A stretch of 64,000 bases of DNA from Flammeovirgaceae bacterium UBA5008 (lineage in GTDB: Bacteria > Bacteroidota > Bacteroidia > Cytophagales > Cyclobacteriaceae): the NCBI GenBank assembly GCA_002398365.1, contig DGYK01000063.1, positions 460,813 through 524,812 of the forward strand, written 5' to 3'. The number at the start of each line of letters is the position of its first letter. Position 1 is the stretch's first letter. The notes under the pieces were generated by a model. That model was not told the origin of the DNA. It saw only the letters and a program-made list of their open reading frames with translations, and did not search any database. Positions 29,501 to 38,765 of the stretch are shown one piece after another. The position numbers and the translations under genes were made by a program.

Positions 29501-29876
29501 ACTTCAATTGTATGCCTCATTGGATAATATCAAAAACGAGGAAGCGCTCATCAAATTCACCGATTCGCTCCGCGACCGGTTTGGCACCTTGCCACCTTCA
29601 GTAGAACAGTTGATCAATTCGGTTCGCTTGCGCTGGATTGGGGAAGAGCTGGGTTTTGAAAAAATCAGCTTAAAGAATGAAAAAATGCGTGCCTATTTCA
29701 TCTCCGGAAAGGACGAGTACTTTAAATCAGAGGTTTTTGGCCGGGTTTTGAGGTTTGTGCAGACACATTCTAAAAAATGCCGCATGAAAGATACCTCGGG
29801 CAAGCTGATACTTACCATTGAAGACATCACCTCGGTAGATCAGGCGATTGATCTGATGAAACCACTTTTGGCTTAA
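26505..29876 (+). CDS. mfd: transcription-repair coupling factor
   Basis: It is 1123 aa with a UvrB-like N-terminal region (GLHGSADAVVLAAV), an RNAP-interaction region and a superfamily-2 translocase with GDVGFGKTEVA and DEEQKFG. It starts at TTG. The first in-frame ATG is about 95 codons downstream, past conserved N-terminal sequence. Confidence 0.95.
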   Translation: MKAADFISLYRADGFIQTLAEGIRTLSPKSPTSKDEASTIQVKGLHGSADAVVLAAVYKSVRANHVVILHDKEEASFFINDLQNLLEEKEIFLFPMSYKRPYEYDEIENANVLMRAEVLNQLSSHPEGNIIITYPEALSEKVINKKSLSSNTFIVQKGEQLDREFLEEFLHTYDFEKTDFVFEAGQFAIRGGIIDVFSFANELPFRIELFGNEVDSIRSFDPGSQLSVDVLERVSLMPNVQTRLVQEERQSIFEFISATSRVWIKDARLTADIVGKCFDKASQSFDRVLAEGGNVKVVMEPHHLFDPQTDFEERLAKFSKIEFGSRFHYAPSKTVEFKTSVQPAFNKNFELLAANLLEFQQQGFGNFIAAEQPKQAERLHGVFEEIHPELKFQTLSFSLRQGFVDHNLKVVCYTDHQIFERYHRYKSKEKFSKSKALTFRDLQTMQPGDFVTHIDYGIGKFAGLEKKEVNGREQEAIRLIFRDDDILYVSIHALHKISKYSGKDGALPSISKLGSGEWDSKKAKVKKKVKDIAKELIDLYAKRKGAPGFAYAEDGFLQAELESSFIYEDTPDQAKATEDVKKDMQQPHPMDRLVCGDVGFGKTEVAIRAAFKAATEGKQVAVLVPTTILAMQHYRTFSERLSNFPIKIEYVSRFKTEKEIKEIINEVKEGKVNIIIGTHRVVSKDVVFKDLGLLVIDEEQKFGVKVKDRLKELKVNVDVLTLTATPIPRTLHFSLMGARDLSIIATPPPNRQPVTTELHTFDEVIIRDAVSYELKRGGQVFFVHNRISDIDQIANVIFKLVPDSRIGIAHGQMDGDKLEKVMLKFIEGEYDVLVSTNIIESGLDIPNSNTIIINHANLFGLSDLHQMRGRVGRSNKKAFCYLLTPPTSVLSSDSRKRLAALEEFSDLGDGFKVAMRDLDIRGAGNLLGAEQSGFITDLGFDTYHKILDDAIQELKETEFKDLFAEELTAKAKLIVQDCVIETDLEILIPDTYINNTSERLQLYASLDNIKNEEALIKFTDSLRDRFGTLPPSVEQLINSVRLRWIGEELGFEKISLKNEKMRAYFISGKDEYFKSEVFGRVLRFVQTHSKKCRMKDTSGKLILTIEDITSVDQAIDLMKPLLA

Positions 29877-30124
29877 TAACCGATATCCGCCAGAGATATG
29901 GAATCCGCATACACATGTAGCCCATGTACCTCATCGAAGGCGTTGATCATCAAAACCTTCTTGTATTTTGAAGAATAGTAAACTTCTACAAAGAAATTTT
30001 CAGACTGATAAAGATAAACGGTAGCATCCCCCAACTTTCGGGACATTAAATATTGAGTGGAATTAATGACCAAATCGCACTTTTTTTCAAAACTGGAGGT
30101 CATAAAGTCTTCGAGCGTAATCAT
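29873..30124 (-). CDS. hypothetical small protein (83 aa)
   Basis: It is an ATG-started ORF that converges on mfd and overlaps the mfd stop by 4 nt. It is AT-rich and I recognise no motif. Coding status is uncertain. Confidence 0.35.
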   Translation of the reverse strand: MITLEDFMTSSFEKKCDLVINSTQYLMSRKLGDATVYLYQSENFFVEVYYSSKYKKVLMINAFDEVHGLHVYADSISLADIGY

Positions 30125-30389
30125 ACTTTTAGAAATACGCTAATAGAGTGCTTAAAGTGTGCCAACCCGTAAATAAGCTTGGAAAGGCATAAACACAATC
30201 GATTATTTGCTCGATAAGGGAAAATTATTCCCAAAATGGTAAAGCAATAACAGCCAACTTACTGCCGTTAAGTCTTCGTATCCAAAAGTCGTAGTTCTAT
30301 TAAGGATTTATCAAAAAAACGCTACGCTTTGGAAAACATGTATTTATCTCTTTATATTAGCGGTTACTTTGATCTATAACCAAAAGCAA

Positions 30390-31694
30390 ATGAAGTATTC
30401 CAAGTCATTTTTATTCTTAGTTGCGCTGTCATTTTTAGTTTCCTCATGCTTTTTAAGGAAGGGAGGTAAGCCTACAGCCCAGAACCCGGGTCAGGTAAGT
30501 ACCACCACCGGTTTGCAATACACCCGCGATAAGGCAGAGGGTTTCGAGGTACAACCTTATAACGAACAACCCGATGCCCCCAACATGGTGTTTATCGAAG
30601 GCGGCCGTGCTGTTTTGGGATCTTTCGAAGAAGATGTGATGTCTTACCGCGATAACGTGGAAAGAACCGTGTCAGTAGCTTCATTCTATATGGATGAAAC
30701 TGAGATCGCTAACATTCACTGGTTGGAGTACCTATATTATTTGACTACTGATTCTACAAAAGTTGATGGAGGTAAAGCATATACAGCAGCTTTGCCTGAC
30801 ACTACTGTTTGGAGATCAAAGTTGGCTTTCAACGATCCATATGTTGATTATTATTTAAGATATGCCGGTTTCCGTTACTTCCCGGTTGTAGGTGTTAAGT
30901 GGAAACAAGCTAATGCATACGCACAATGGCGTACCGCTCGGGTAAATGCTGACCTTGCTGAAAAGGCGGGTGAAGCAGTTCCTGAACAATTAACCGGTGC
31001 TGGTCGTGTGCCTATCGAATCAGGTTATAGCATTCCAGCTTATCGTTTACCTACAGAAGCAGAGTGGGAATACGCTGCTCAGGCTTTGATCGGAACCCAG
31101 TGGTTGGAAGAAATGCAAACTCACCAACGCCTTTATCCTTGGGACGGTCACGCATTGCGTAATCCTTACGGAAAGCAAATGGGTTATTTCTTAGCGAACT
31201 TCAAGAGAGGTAGAGGTGACTATGGAGGTATTGCAGGAAGATTGAATGATGGTGCTTTGATCACATCTTATATATATGAGTATCCTCCAAATGACTACGG
31301 CTTGTATAACATGGCTGGTAACGTGAGCGAGTGGGTGATGGATGTGTATCGTCCGCTTTCACATCAGGATTTCGATGATTTGAACCCGATTCGAAGAGAT
31401 GACTTTATCGATAGCCATGGCGATTATAGAAACCGCTATACTAAAACGCCTAAGGATTCTACTATTACATTGCCTGATGGAACCTCAAAAACCATCAAGA
31501 CATTTGAATACACTAAAAATCCTTCCGGCTTTATCTCATTGGTTTCAGATAAAGTACGTGTTTACAAAGGTGGATCTTGGAAAGATGTTGCATACTGGAT
31601 GTCTCCTGGAACAAGACGTTTCATGGATGAAGATTCTGCTACAGCGACCATCGGTTTCCGTTGCGCGATGATCCGTGCCGGATCTAATTACTAA
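30390..31694 (+). CDS. gldJ: gliding-motility lipoprotein GldJ-like (SUMF1/FGE-fold)
   Basis: It has a lipoprotein signal (FLVSSC). The blocks characteristic of GldJ as I recall it are FYMDETEIAN, YRLPTEAEWEYAA, ANFKRGRGDYGGIAG, YPPNDYGLYNMAGNVSEWV and VRVYKGGSWKDVAYW...IGFRCA. I prefer the ATG at 30390 over the TTG at 30369. Confidence 0.75.
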   Translation: MKYSKSFLFLVALSFLVSSCFLRKGGKPTAQNPGQVSTTTGLQYTRDKAEGFEVQPYNEQPDAPNMVFIEGGRAVLGSFEEDVMSYRDNVERTVSVASFYMDETEIANIHWLEYLYYLTTDSTKVDGGKAYTAALPDTTVWRSKLAFNDPYVDYYLRYAGFRYFPVVGVKWKQANAYAQWRTARVNADLAEKAGEAVPEQLTGAGRVPIESGYSIPAYRLPTEAEWEYAAQALIGTQWLEEMQTHQRLYPWDGHALRNPYGKQMGYFLANFKRGRGDYGGIAGRLNDGALITSYIYEYPPNDYGLYNMAGNVSEWVMDVYRPLSHQDFDDLNPIRRDDFIDSHGDYRNRYTKTPKDSTITLPDGTSKTIKTFEYTKNPSGFISLVSDKVRVYKGGSWKDVAYWMSPGTRRFMDEDSATATIGFRCAMIRAGSNY

Positions 31695-31717
31695 GATTCA
31701 TTGGTTTACCGATATTG

Positions 31718-31743
31718 AAAAGCCCTCGGAAGAGGGCTTTTTT
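31718..31743. terminator. bidirectional rho-independent terminator between gldJ and the convergent comF-family gene
   Basis: The structure AAAAGCCCTC-GGAA-GAGGGCTTTT has a perfect GC-rich stem flanked by an A-run and a T-run. It overlaps the stop codon of the minus-strand gene (31742-31744). Confidence 0.8.
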
Positions 31744-32452
31744 ATTGGGCTTCTGCGATACAAGCCACACTCAATTGTGAACACCCACTCTTCAACAGGT
31801 GGTTTCCGCAGGCTTCAATCGTAGCTCCGGTGGTAATCACATCGTCTACCAGTAGAATACGCTTCCCGATAATTTTGTCAGCATGGTGCAGAGTAAAAAC
31901 ACTCTCCACATTTTCCCAGCGTTCCAGTTTTGTCTTTTTAGTCTGCGTAGCTGTGGAAACCGATCGTAGAGAGATATCATCATCAAATGGAATATTCAAT
32001 TCTACGCTGAGGCCTTCGGCAAATTTGGCACTTTGGTTGTAGCCGCGTTTTCTTCTGCGTGAAGGGTGTAAGGGCACCGGAATAATCAGATCAAAGGCAT
32101 TATCGTAGCCCGCTTTCTTCAGATCGTAGGCGTAAGCTTTTCCCAATCGAAGTCCCACTTCCGGATGATTGTTGTATTTCAGTTGATGGAGTAAGTGCTG
32201 CACCAAACCGGTTTTGCGAAATTTCAGGTAAGCCCAGGCATGAAGTATGGGAAGCCGCACCGCCAGTCTGTTTTTGATCGGATTCTCATCCCACACATGG
32301 TAGTGTGTTTTCGGTAATTCAGCGAGACAGTGTGTGCAAAGTATGTCTTCCCCACTTACTAAACCCTCGTTACAGCCCAAACAAAAATTGGGATAGAACA
32401 ACGAGACAAAATCTCTTCCTATTTGACATAGCAAATGATTTTTGAATGGCAT
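31742..32452 (-). CDS. ComF-family phosphoribosyltransferase-domain protein
   Basis: An N-terminal Cys4 motif (CLGC...CTHC) precedes the PRTase signature ILLVDDVITTGATI. Confidence 0.8.
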   Translation of the reverse strand: MPFKNHLLCQIGRDFVSLFYPNFCLGCNEGLVSGEDILCTHCLAELPKTHYHVWDENPIKNRLAVRLPILHAWAYLKFRKTGLVQHLLHQLKYNNHPEVGLRLGKAYAYDLKKAGYDNAFDLIIPVPLHPSRRRKRGYNQSAKFAEGLSVELNIPFDDDISLRSVSTATQTKKTKLERWENVESVFTLHHADKIIGKRILLVDDVITTGATIEACGNHLLKSGCSQLSVACIAEAQ

Positions 32453-32465
32453 TGTTACCTTAAAA

Positions 32466-33020
32466 TTAGTCGCACGGAATTAAATCTTCTTCTCGGCCAT
32501 AGAGCCAGCATTCTTTATAAATGGAACAATAGCATATTTCATAACTGAATTTCGGATAGAAGTCTTTCAACGCCTTCTGTAACTTATTATACTCCGCCTG
32601 ATCGTTTACATAAACATGAAATACTTCTACTTTCTCTCCCGGAGCCAATACCATTTTCTCCAATGAAGAATAATATAGACTGATGCTATCGGGGTTTACG
32701 AATTTGGAGAGTAAATGATAAGGCGTCTCTACCGGTTCGTTGTTCCAACTCATCTTAGCTGATTGAATGATAGCCGGCCCCACTCCTTTGTTGACCACAC
32801 GAAGAATAAATCCATCGGTGCTTGTTTGCACATATTGACGCTCGATGTGCGGCCAAACAGCAGCATGTTGCTGCCCTTGCATAATCTTAGCTTGATAAAT
32901 ATACACAAACAAAGTGGCCACACTCACAAATACAGCAGACAAGGCAATAATCATTTCAGGTTTTAAACTGAATGATTTCTTAGGTTGAGGAATTAGATTT
33001 TCTTCTGTTTCGTTTTCCAT
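32466..33020 (-). CDS. hypothetical single-pass membrane protein
   Basis: It has one TM segment (IIALSAVFVSVATLFVYIY) and then a ~130-aa soluble domain ending in a Cys-containing tail (CYCSIYKECW...IPCD). No family recognised. Confidence 0.45.
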   Translation of the reverse strand: MENETEENLIPQPKKSFSLKPEMIIALSAVFVSVATLFVYIYQAKIMQGQQHAAVWPHIERQYVQTSTDGFILRVVNKGVGPAIIQSAKMSWNNEPVETPYHLLSKFVNPDSISLYYSSLEKMVLAPGEKVEVFHVYVNDQAEYNKLQKALKDFYPKFSYEICYCSIYKECWLYGREEDLIPCD

Positions 33021-33049
33021 AGCCGCTTAAAATAGAAAAAGATGATCAA

Positions 33050-35215
33050 TTATTTTTCCGGATGCTTGGCATATCGCTCAAAGAATTCGATTACACGCAG
33101 CATGTGATCCATCATGCGACCAGGGTTTCCGCTGCGCGTTAATTCGTGCCCTTCTTTAGGATAGCGAATGTACTCCACCGGCTTATTCAATATCTTCAAA
33201 CTTTTATACAACATCTCCGATTGAATTACACCGGTGCGCAAATCAACATCGCCATGGATAATTAGCAAAGGTGTTTTGATTTTGTCTACGTAAGTTAATG
33301 GCGACTCGGAATCGAGCAATGCTTTTGTTTCTTTTTGCCAGGGATAACCGCCAAAATGATCGGGTACTAATCGCCAGGCATTTCCTTCACCCATGAAAGT
33401 TGTAAGGTCGTATACGCCACGCTGAGCATTGGCCGCTTTGAAGCGATGATCGTGACCAACAATCCATGCCACCATGTAACCGGCATAACTTCCACCTTCC
33501 ACAAAAAGATTTTCTTTGTCGATCCAAGCGTGTTGCTTCATGGCTTCATCCAACGAAGCGAGAATATCTCCGGCAGGGCTACTTCCCCAATCTTTGAAAT
33601 TTCCTTTTTTGAATTTATCACCATACCCACCGCTACCGCGAGGGTTACAATACACCACGCCATACCCCCAGCTATTTTCTAATTGATATTCGTGCCACAT
33701 CGAAAAGATGCCTGGTCCCCACATAGCAGAAGGGCCACCGTGAATATTCAAAATGGTGGGATATTTCAATCCCTCTTTCTTGTTAATGGGTTCCATCACC
33801 CAATATTGAATTTTAGTGCCATCGGGTCGTGTGTACCAATATTCAGTGGGTGCAATAATGTTTTTTTCTTTTACCCAACTTTCGTTGAATTTGGTGAGTT
33901 GCTTGTGTGGCTTAGCAGATTCTTTGAGATTGAATGAATAAATCTCCCACGGATTTTTTGTTTCGGTAAGTGCATACACCACCTTATCGCCACGAATGTC
34001 ATAATCATTTACACCGTTGTCGTTGCCGAATAGTTTGGTTTCTTTTCCTCCGGTAGCTGCGATTGAGTAGAGCGGAATATCACCTTCCGTTTGAGCCGTA
34101 AAGAAAATAGTTTTACTGTCGGCAGACCAGTTACCCTGGCTGGCATCTCGATCATAAGCAGCTGTAAGGGAGAGCGGACTTCCTCCCATGGCATTGACAA
34201 CGGCTAATTGCGTTTGAGGTGCATGCCGATTGGAAACCGTTTCGGCATAGAATAAAATCTTTTTTCCATCCGGTGAGAATTTAGCATTCGATAAACTATA
34301 GCTATTCCATGTCAGGAATTCTTTGGCTGTTTTTCCGGCCACGTCAATCATCCAAAGATCAGTATCCTGCTCATCATCGGGAGCTACTTTATAAACTTTT
34401 GAGTGACATACAATTTGTTTTCCATCAGGGCTCCACTCACCACCTTCAAAATCCTGATACCCGCTAGTGAGTTGAAGTGCTTTTTCATCTGCGCCAAGCG
34501 ACTTGACAAACAAGTGACTAAAATCTTCTTCGGGTTGAAGGTTTAATTCGCCTTGTAATTGTTGACGAGTGAGAACGCGTGGGTTTCCATCAATAGCGTT
34601 TTTCGACAACCAGGCGCGGACTTCTTCTAAACTACCATCCGGACTATTCTTCACATTTTTCTTTTCATCGGCTTTCAGTTTTTTCCAATTCGGTTCGTCA
34701 CCCACTTTTCGTGCGGGCCGTTCGTAATCCCACGTAAGTGAACCATCAATTGCATAAAATGGAAGGGATGAAGCGAATAAAATTTTCTTTCCATCGGGGC
34801 TCCAGCGCGGACGAGTGGCACCGAATTCGGCTTTGGTGATCACCGAAGCTTCACCTCCATTCATGGGAAGTATCCATATTTGTGATTTATCGCCATCGCT
34901 TCGTACGAAGGCGATCGTTTTGCCATCAGGACTCCACTGTGGTTGACCATCGTTTTTATCGCCAAACGTAAGTTGACGTGGCTCATCGTTGCCTACTAAA
35001 TCCAAGAGATATAGCTGACGCGTGTAGTAATATTCATTTTCGTTTTTCACCGCTTTGCGAATAACTACTGTAACCGCTTTGGAGCCATCCGGTGAGATTT
35101 GAATTTGGTTGGTGGTAACAATCTTCATCAGATCAGAAGCTACCACGGGAGTTTTAGTCTGTGCCGATGCATTGACAGCAATGAAAATCAGCAGTAGAAA
35201 TTTTAATTTTTGCAT
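33050..35215 (-). CDS. S9-family serine peptidase (prolyl oligopeptidase/acylaminoacyl-peptidase type) with N-terminal beta-propeller
   Basis: It has a signal peptide and PD40/TolB-like repeats (SPDG...). The C-terminal alpha/beta hydrolase carries the nucleophile elbow GGSYAGY, then HGDVDLR (Asp) and KEGHEL (His). Confidence 0.85.
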   Translation of the reverse strand: MQKLKFLLLIFIAVNASAQTKTPVVASDLMKIVTTNQIQISPDGSKAVTVVIRKAVKNENEYYYTRQLYLLDLVGNDEPRQLTFGDKNDGQPQWSPDGKTIAFVRSDGDKSQIWILPMNGGEASVITKAEFGATRPRWSPDGKKILFASSLPFYAIDGSLTWDYERPARKVGDEPNWKKLKADEKKNVKNSPDGSLEEVRAWLSKNAIDGNPRVLTRQQLQGELNLQPEEDFSHLFVKSLGADEKALQLTSGYQDFEGGEWSPDGKQIVCHSKVYKVAPDDEQDTDLWMIDVAGKTAKEFLTWNSYSLSNAKFSPDGKKILFYAETVSNRHAPQTQLAVVNAMGGSPLSLTAAYDRDASQGNWSADSKTIFFTAQTEGDIPLYSIAATGGKETKLFGNDNGVNDYDIRGDKVVYALTETKNPWEIYSFNLKESAKPHKQLTKFNESWVKEKNIIAPTEYWYTRPDGTKIQYWVMEPINKKEGLKYPTILNIHGGPSAMWGPGIFSMWHEYQLENSWGYGVVYCNPRGSGGYGDKFKKGNFKDWGSSPAGDILASLDEAMKQHAWIDKENLFVEGGSYAGYMVAWIVGHDHRFKAANAQRGVYDLTTFMGEGNAWRLVPDHFGGYPWQKETKALLDSESPLTYVDKIKTPLLIIHGDVDLRTGVIQSEMLYKSLKILNKPVEYIRYPKEGHELTRSGNPGRMMDHMLRVIEFFERYAKHPEK

Positions 35216-35245
35216 GTATTCGGTGAATTAAAAGTGAAGCAATTT

Positions 35246-36685
35246 TTATTTGTTGTCAGTTGGAATAGGAGGAGGCCCTTCCGGAATGTAGGGTTTATAC
35301 AAGAAGGCACCTTTGCGTTTCTCGAATTCTGTGCGAATGTCTTTACGCAGTTGCTCATTTTCAAAAAGATCAACCATTGTCATAGCCAATGATTTCGATG
35401 CGAGGATAAGACCTTTGTGCCCGATGCTCATGCCGCCACAAGCTACGACACTCCATCCGTGCCACGCAGTATTTTTTGGAGCGGTAGTTGCGACTAATGT
35501 GATTTCCGGTACAAGCCAACTCACATCGCCCACATCGGTAGAACCTCCCACCGGATGTTCCAGTGTTTCACGAAGCGGATAAATTTTTCCATCCAACTCT
35601 ACTATCTTTCCACCTTGCTCTTGTTGAATTTTTTGTGCGAATGCTTGCTCTTCGGGCGTGTAGGTGATTGGGCCGAGAATTTCTAAATTTTTTTGCAGCA
35701 CTCCTGCTCCTGTGCGATTGACCAGAATTTCATAGTCGCCTGCCTGCACGGTTACTTTTGCTTCTACTCCGGCAATCATTCCCGCACCTTGTGCAATTTC
35801 TTTGACGCGCGTAAAAACTTCATCGACACCAGTTCGCTGACTATCGCGCACCCACATCCAAACTTTGGCATACTCGGGCACCACATTTGGAACATCGCCA
35901 CCCGCTTTGATTGCATAGTGCATGCGCACGCTGGGGCGCACATGTTCGCGTAATAAGTTAACGCCAAATGTAAATGCCTCGAGCGCATCTACGGCACTGC
36001 GACCATTCCATGGGTCAGCTGCTGCGTGTGCCGCCTTGCCTTTAAACTCAACCACAAAATCAACCATGGCTTGAGAGCTTTGAGTGCTGGCACCAATTTC
36101 TACATCCGGGTGCCAATCCAGACAAACATCTAAATCATTGAAGAGACCTTCACGAGCCATATACACTTTTCCACCTACCGATTCTTCGGCAGGAGTTCCA
36201 TAAAAACGAATGGTGCCTTTTAGTTTTCCTTGTGCGATCAAATCTTTGATGGCGATAGCGGCACCTAAACTGCCGGCACCAAACAAATTGTGACCACAAC
36301 CATGTCCGGCTGCTCCTTTTTCCAATGCTTCTTTGGTAGGAGTTGCTTTTTGTGAAATGCCGGGCAGAGCATCGTATTCGCCCATTATGCCAATGATTGG
36401 TTTGCCGGATCCAAACTCGGCTACAAATGCTGTGGGCAACCCGGCAACGCCACGCGTAACGCGGAACCCTTGCGCCTGGGCATAGTCAGCTAATTCTTTG
36501 GATGACTTATGTTCGCGCAAAGCGGTTTCTGCATACGCCCAGATTTTATCACTGATGGCAATGAGATTGGCTTGATTTTTTTCTACCGATTGAATGACGG
36601 CTGATTTATTAGGACTTATTTTTTTGGTTTGTGCCCGCGTTGAAACGGTGGCAATAATTAAAACAAGAATAAGAGAAAGCCGCAT
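35246..36685 (-). CDS. M20-family amidohydrolase (AbgB-like), secreted
   Basis: It has a signal peptide (VSTRAQT) and the metal-ligand motif GHGCGHNLFG. Length and layout fit the aminobenzoyl-glutamate hydrolase subunit B-like family. Confidence 0.8.
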   Translation of the reverse strand: MRLSLILVLIIATVSTRAQTKKISPNKSAVIQSVEKNQANLIAISDKIWAYAETALREHKSSKELADYAQAQGFRVTRGVAGLPTAFVAEFGSGKPIIGIMGEYDALPGISQKATPTKEALEKGAAGHGCGHNLFGAGSLGAAIAIKDLIAQGKLKGTIRFYGTPAEESVGGKVYMAREGLFNDLDVCLDWHPDVEIGASTQSSQAMVDFVVEFKGKAAHAAADPWNGRSAVDALEAFTFGVNLLREHVRPSVRMHYAIKAGGDVPNVVPEYAKVWMWVRDSQRTGVDEVFTRVKEIAQGAGMIAGVEAKVTVQAGDYEILVNRTGAGVLQKNLEILGPITYTPEEQAFAQKIQQEQGGKIVELDGKIYPLRETLEHPVGGSTDVGDVSWLVPEITLVATTAPKNTAWHGWSVVACGGMSIGHKGLILASKSLAMTMVDLFENEQLRKDIRTEFEKRKGAFLYKPYIPEGPPPIPTDNK

Positions 36686-36796
36686 AAAGGTTTGGTTTAG
36701 GAAGGGAAGATATTAAAAATAATGCGGGTATGGATGTAGCAAGGATTGGATTTCACAACCTTTTTGACAGACGGTGTGTCAAAGAAAAAACGAAAT

Positions 36797-37156
36797 ATGA
36801 AGAAGCTATTGGTATTGATACTGGTCATCGTTTCAGCTTGTTCCAAAGAAACGGTTAAAACCTCGAATTGCACAGTAGAAGCAACTGTTCGTGATTTGAC
36901 AGGCTTAGATGGCTGTGGTTTTGTATTTGAGCTGAATGATGGTACGCGATTGGAACCGCAAATTCTGATGTATTGTGGTGCGATGCCTTTATCGCCCGAG
37001 GTAACAAACGATCCACTTTACAATTTTCAGTTTGTTGAGGGAAAGAAAGTCAAGATAAGCTATGAACAAGTCGAGGGAGCCAGTATTTGTATGGTTGGAC
37101 CGATGGTAAAAATTACGTGTCTCACGGAATTGTCATCACCAGAAAATAATTTCTGA
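36797..37156 (+). CDS. hypothetical small lipoprotein
   Basis: The ATG at 36797 gives MKKLLVLILVIVSACSKE, a lipobox with Cys. The mature part contains 6 further Cys. No family recognised. Confidence 0.45.
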   Translation: MKKLLVLILVIVSACSKETVKTSNCTVEATVRDLTGLDGCGFVFELNDGTRLEPQILMYCGAMPLSPEVTNDPLYNFQFVEGKKVKISYEQVEGASICMVGPMVKITCLTELSSPENNF

Positions 37157-37172
37157 TTGGCTGAATCCAATT

Positions 37173-38696
37173 CTACTTCTCAGCAATCATTGCCAGAATT
37201 TCATCAATAAATTCGCGGGTGTTGCTCAGGCGTGGCACTTTATTTTGACCACCCAACTTGCCTCTGCGCTTCATCCAATTATAGAATGTGCCGCTGGTGA
37301 CACTGCGAACAATCGGGGCTACCAATGCAATATCGTGCGCGCGTTTGGCATCATAATCGGAATTGACTTTACGCAAGGTAGTATCCAATACATCCGAGAA
37401 TTTGGATAAATCAGAAGGTTGAATTTTAAACTCAATGATCCACTCGTGTCCACCGCGTTTGGATTTTTCAAGGTAGATAGGTGCTGCTGTGAAATTGTCA
37501 ATGACAGCACCTGTTTGTTCGCAGGCAGCGGTGATGGCTGTTTCTGCATTTTCAATAATCACCTCTTCGCCAAAGGCATTGATAAAATGTTTGGTGCGAC
37601 CGGAGATGCGAATTCGGTAGGGTGATTTGCTGGTGAACTTGATCGTATCACCAATATTGTATCGCCACAAGCCGGCATTGGTGGTAATGACCATCGCATA
37701 ATTTTTTCCTAGTTCCACATCTTGCAAAGCGATTGCATCCGGATATTCTTTATCTAATTCCTCCATAGGAATAAATTCGTAGAACACCCCATAATCTAAC
37801 ATCAGTAAAAGATCTTCTGAATCTTTTTGATCCTGAATACCAAAGAAACCTTCACTGGCATTGTAGGTTTCCCAATACTTCATGCGATCGCTTGGTATCA
37901 GCGACTTGAAAAGATTTTTGTAAGGCTTGAACGCAACCGCTCCATGAAAGAATACTTCTAGGTTGGGCCACACTTCTAAGATCGAATTTTTCTTTTCAAG
38001 CTCTACAATGTGTTGCAGCAAAAGCACTGTCCATGTTGGTACTCCGGCAATCTGAGTTACATCCACGCGAGCCGTTTCGCGCGCCAGCTTTTCAATTTTC
38101 TCTTCCCAGTTATCCATCAGCGCTACTTCCAAACTAGGGGTGCGAATGAACTCCGCCCACGGAGGCAAATTTTGCATGATCACAGCCGATACATCGCCAT
38201 AGTGCGAAGAGGAGGTAGGATCGTATTCATTCACGCGATAACTGCCGCCCACACCCAGTCCTTTGCCTGAGAATATCTTCGTGTCTGGATAATTATTAAT
38301 GAAGATGGAATATAAATCTTTACCTCCTTTAAAGTGACAATCTTCGAGTGCTTCGGATGTTACCGGAATAAATTTACTGCGCGCGTTGGTGGTGCCGCTG
38401 GATTTGGCAAACCACTTTACTTCGGATGGCCACAGAATGTTTTGTTCACCTCGCATCAATCGTTCGATGTAAGGAAAAAGTTGTTCGTAGGTATGAACGG
38501 GGATGCGTTTCTTAAAATCTTCGTAGTTGACTAAATCTTCAAATGCATATTTCTGTCCGAACTCGGTGTAGCGAGCGGCTGCGATCAGCTTCTTCAATAC
38601 TTCGTCTTGCACTTCATAGGGGTATTTCATGAAAAGCTCCATTTGATGGATACGCTTTTTCATGACCCAGGCAAGGATAGAGTTTAGGATTTGCAT
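37173..38696 (-). CDS. GH3-family (auxin-responsive-promoter-like) acyl-acid amido synthetase homolog
   Basis: It is 507 aa. The N-terminal block KKRIHQMELFMKYPYEVQDEVLKKLI...TEFGQKY and the SSGTT adenylation-type P-loop (FAKSSGTTNARSKFIP) match the bacterial GH3 family as I recall it. Confidence 0.75.
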   Translation of the reverse strand: MQILNSILAWVMKKRIHQMELFMKYPYEVQDEVLKKLIAAARYTEFGQKYAFEDLVNYEDFKKRIPVHTYEQLFPYIERLMRGEQNILWPSEVKWFAKSSGTTNARSKFIPVTSEALEDCHFKGGKDLYSIFINNYPDTKIFSGKGLGVGGSYRVNEYDPTSSSHYGDVSAVIMQNLPPWAEFIRTPSLEVALMDNWEEKIEKLARETARVDVTQIAGVPTWTVLLLQHIVELEKKNSILEVWPNLEVFFHGAVAFKPYKNLFKSLIPSDRMKYWETYNASEGFFGIQDQKDSEDLLLMLDYGVFYEFIPMEELDKEYPDAIALQDVELGKNYAMVITTNAGLWRYNIGDTIKFTSKSPYRIRISGRTKHFINAFGEEVIIENAETAITAACEQTGAVIDNFTAAPIYLEKSKRGGHEWIIEFKIQPSDLSKFSDVLDTTLRKVNSDYDAKRAHDIALVAPIVRSVTSGTFYNWMKRRGKLGGQNKVPRLSNTREFIDEILAMIAEK

Positions 38697-38765
38697 GCCA
38701 ACGAAACCTCAAAAATAGCCCTAATTAGCTAGGTGGCAATAGGGAAGTAAGGTAATTGCTAAAAA

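Noticed and set aside
30125-30389. Long (265 nt) upstream region of gldJ, considered as a riboswitch or sRNA locus
   Set aside because: I recognised no conserved riboswitch core, extended structure or terminator-like element. It is more likely just promoter and 5'-UTR DNA.
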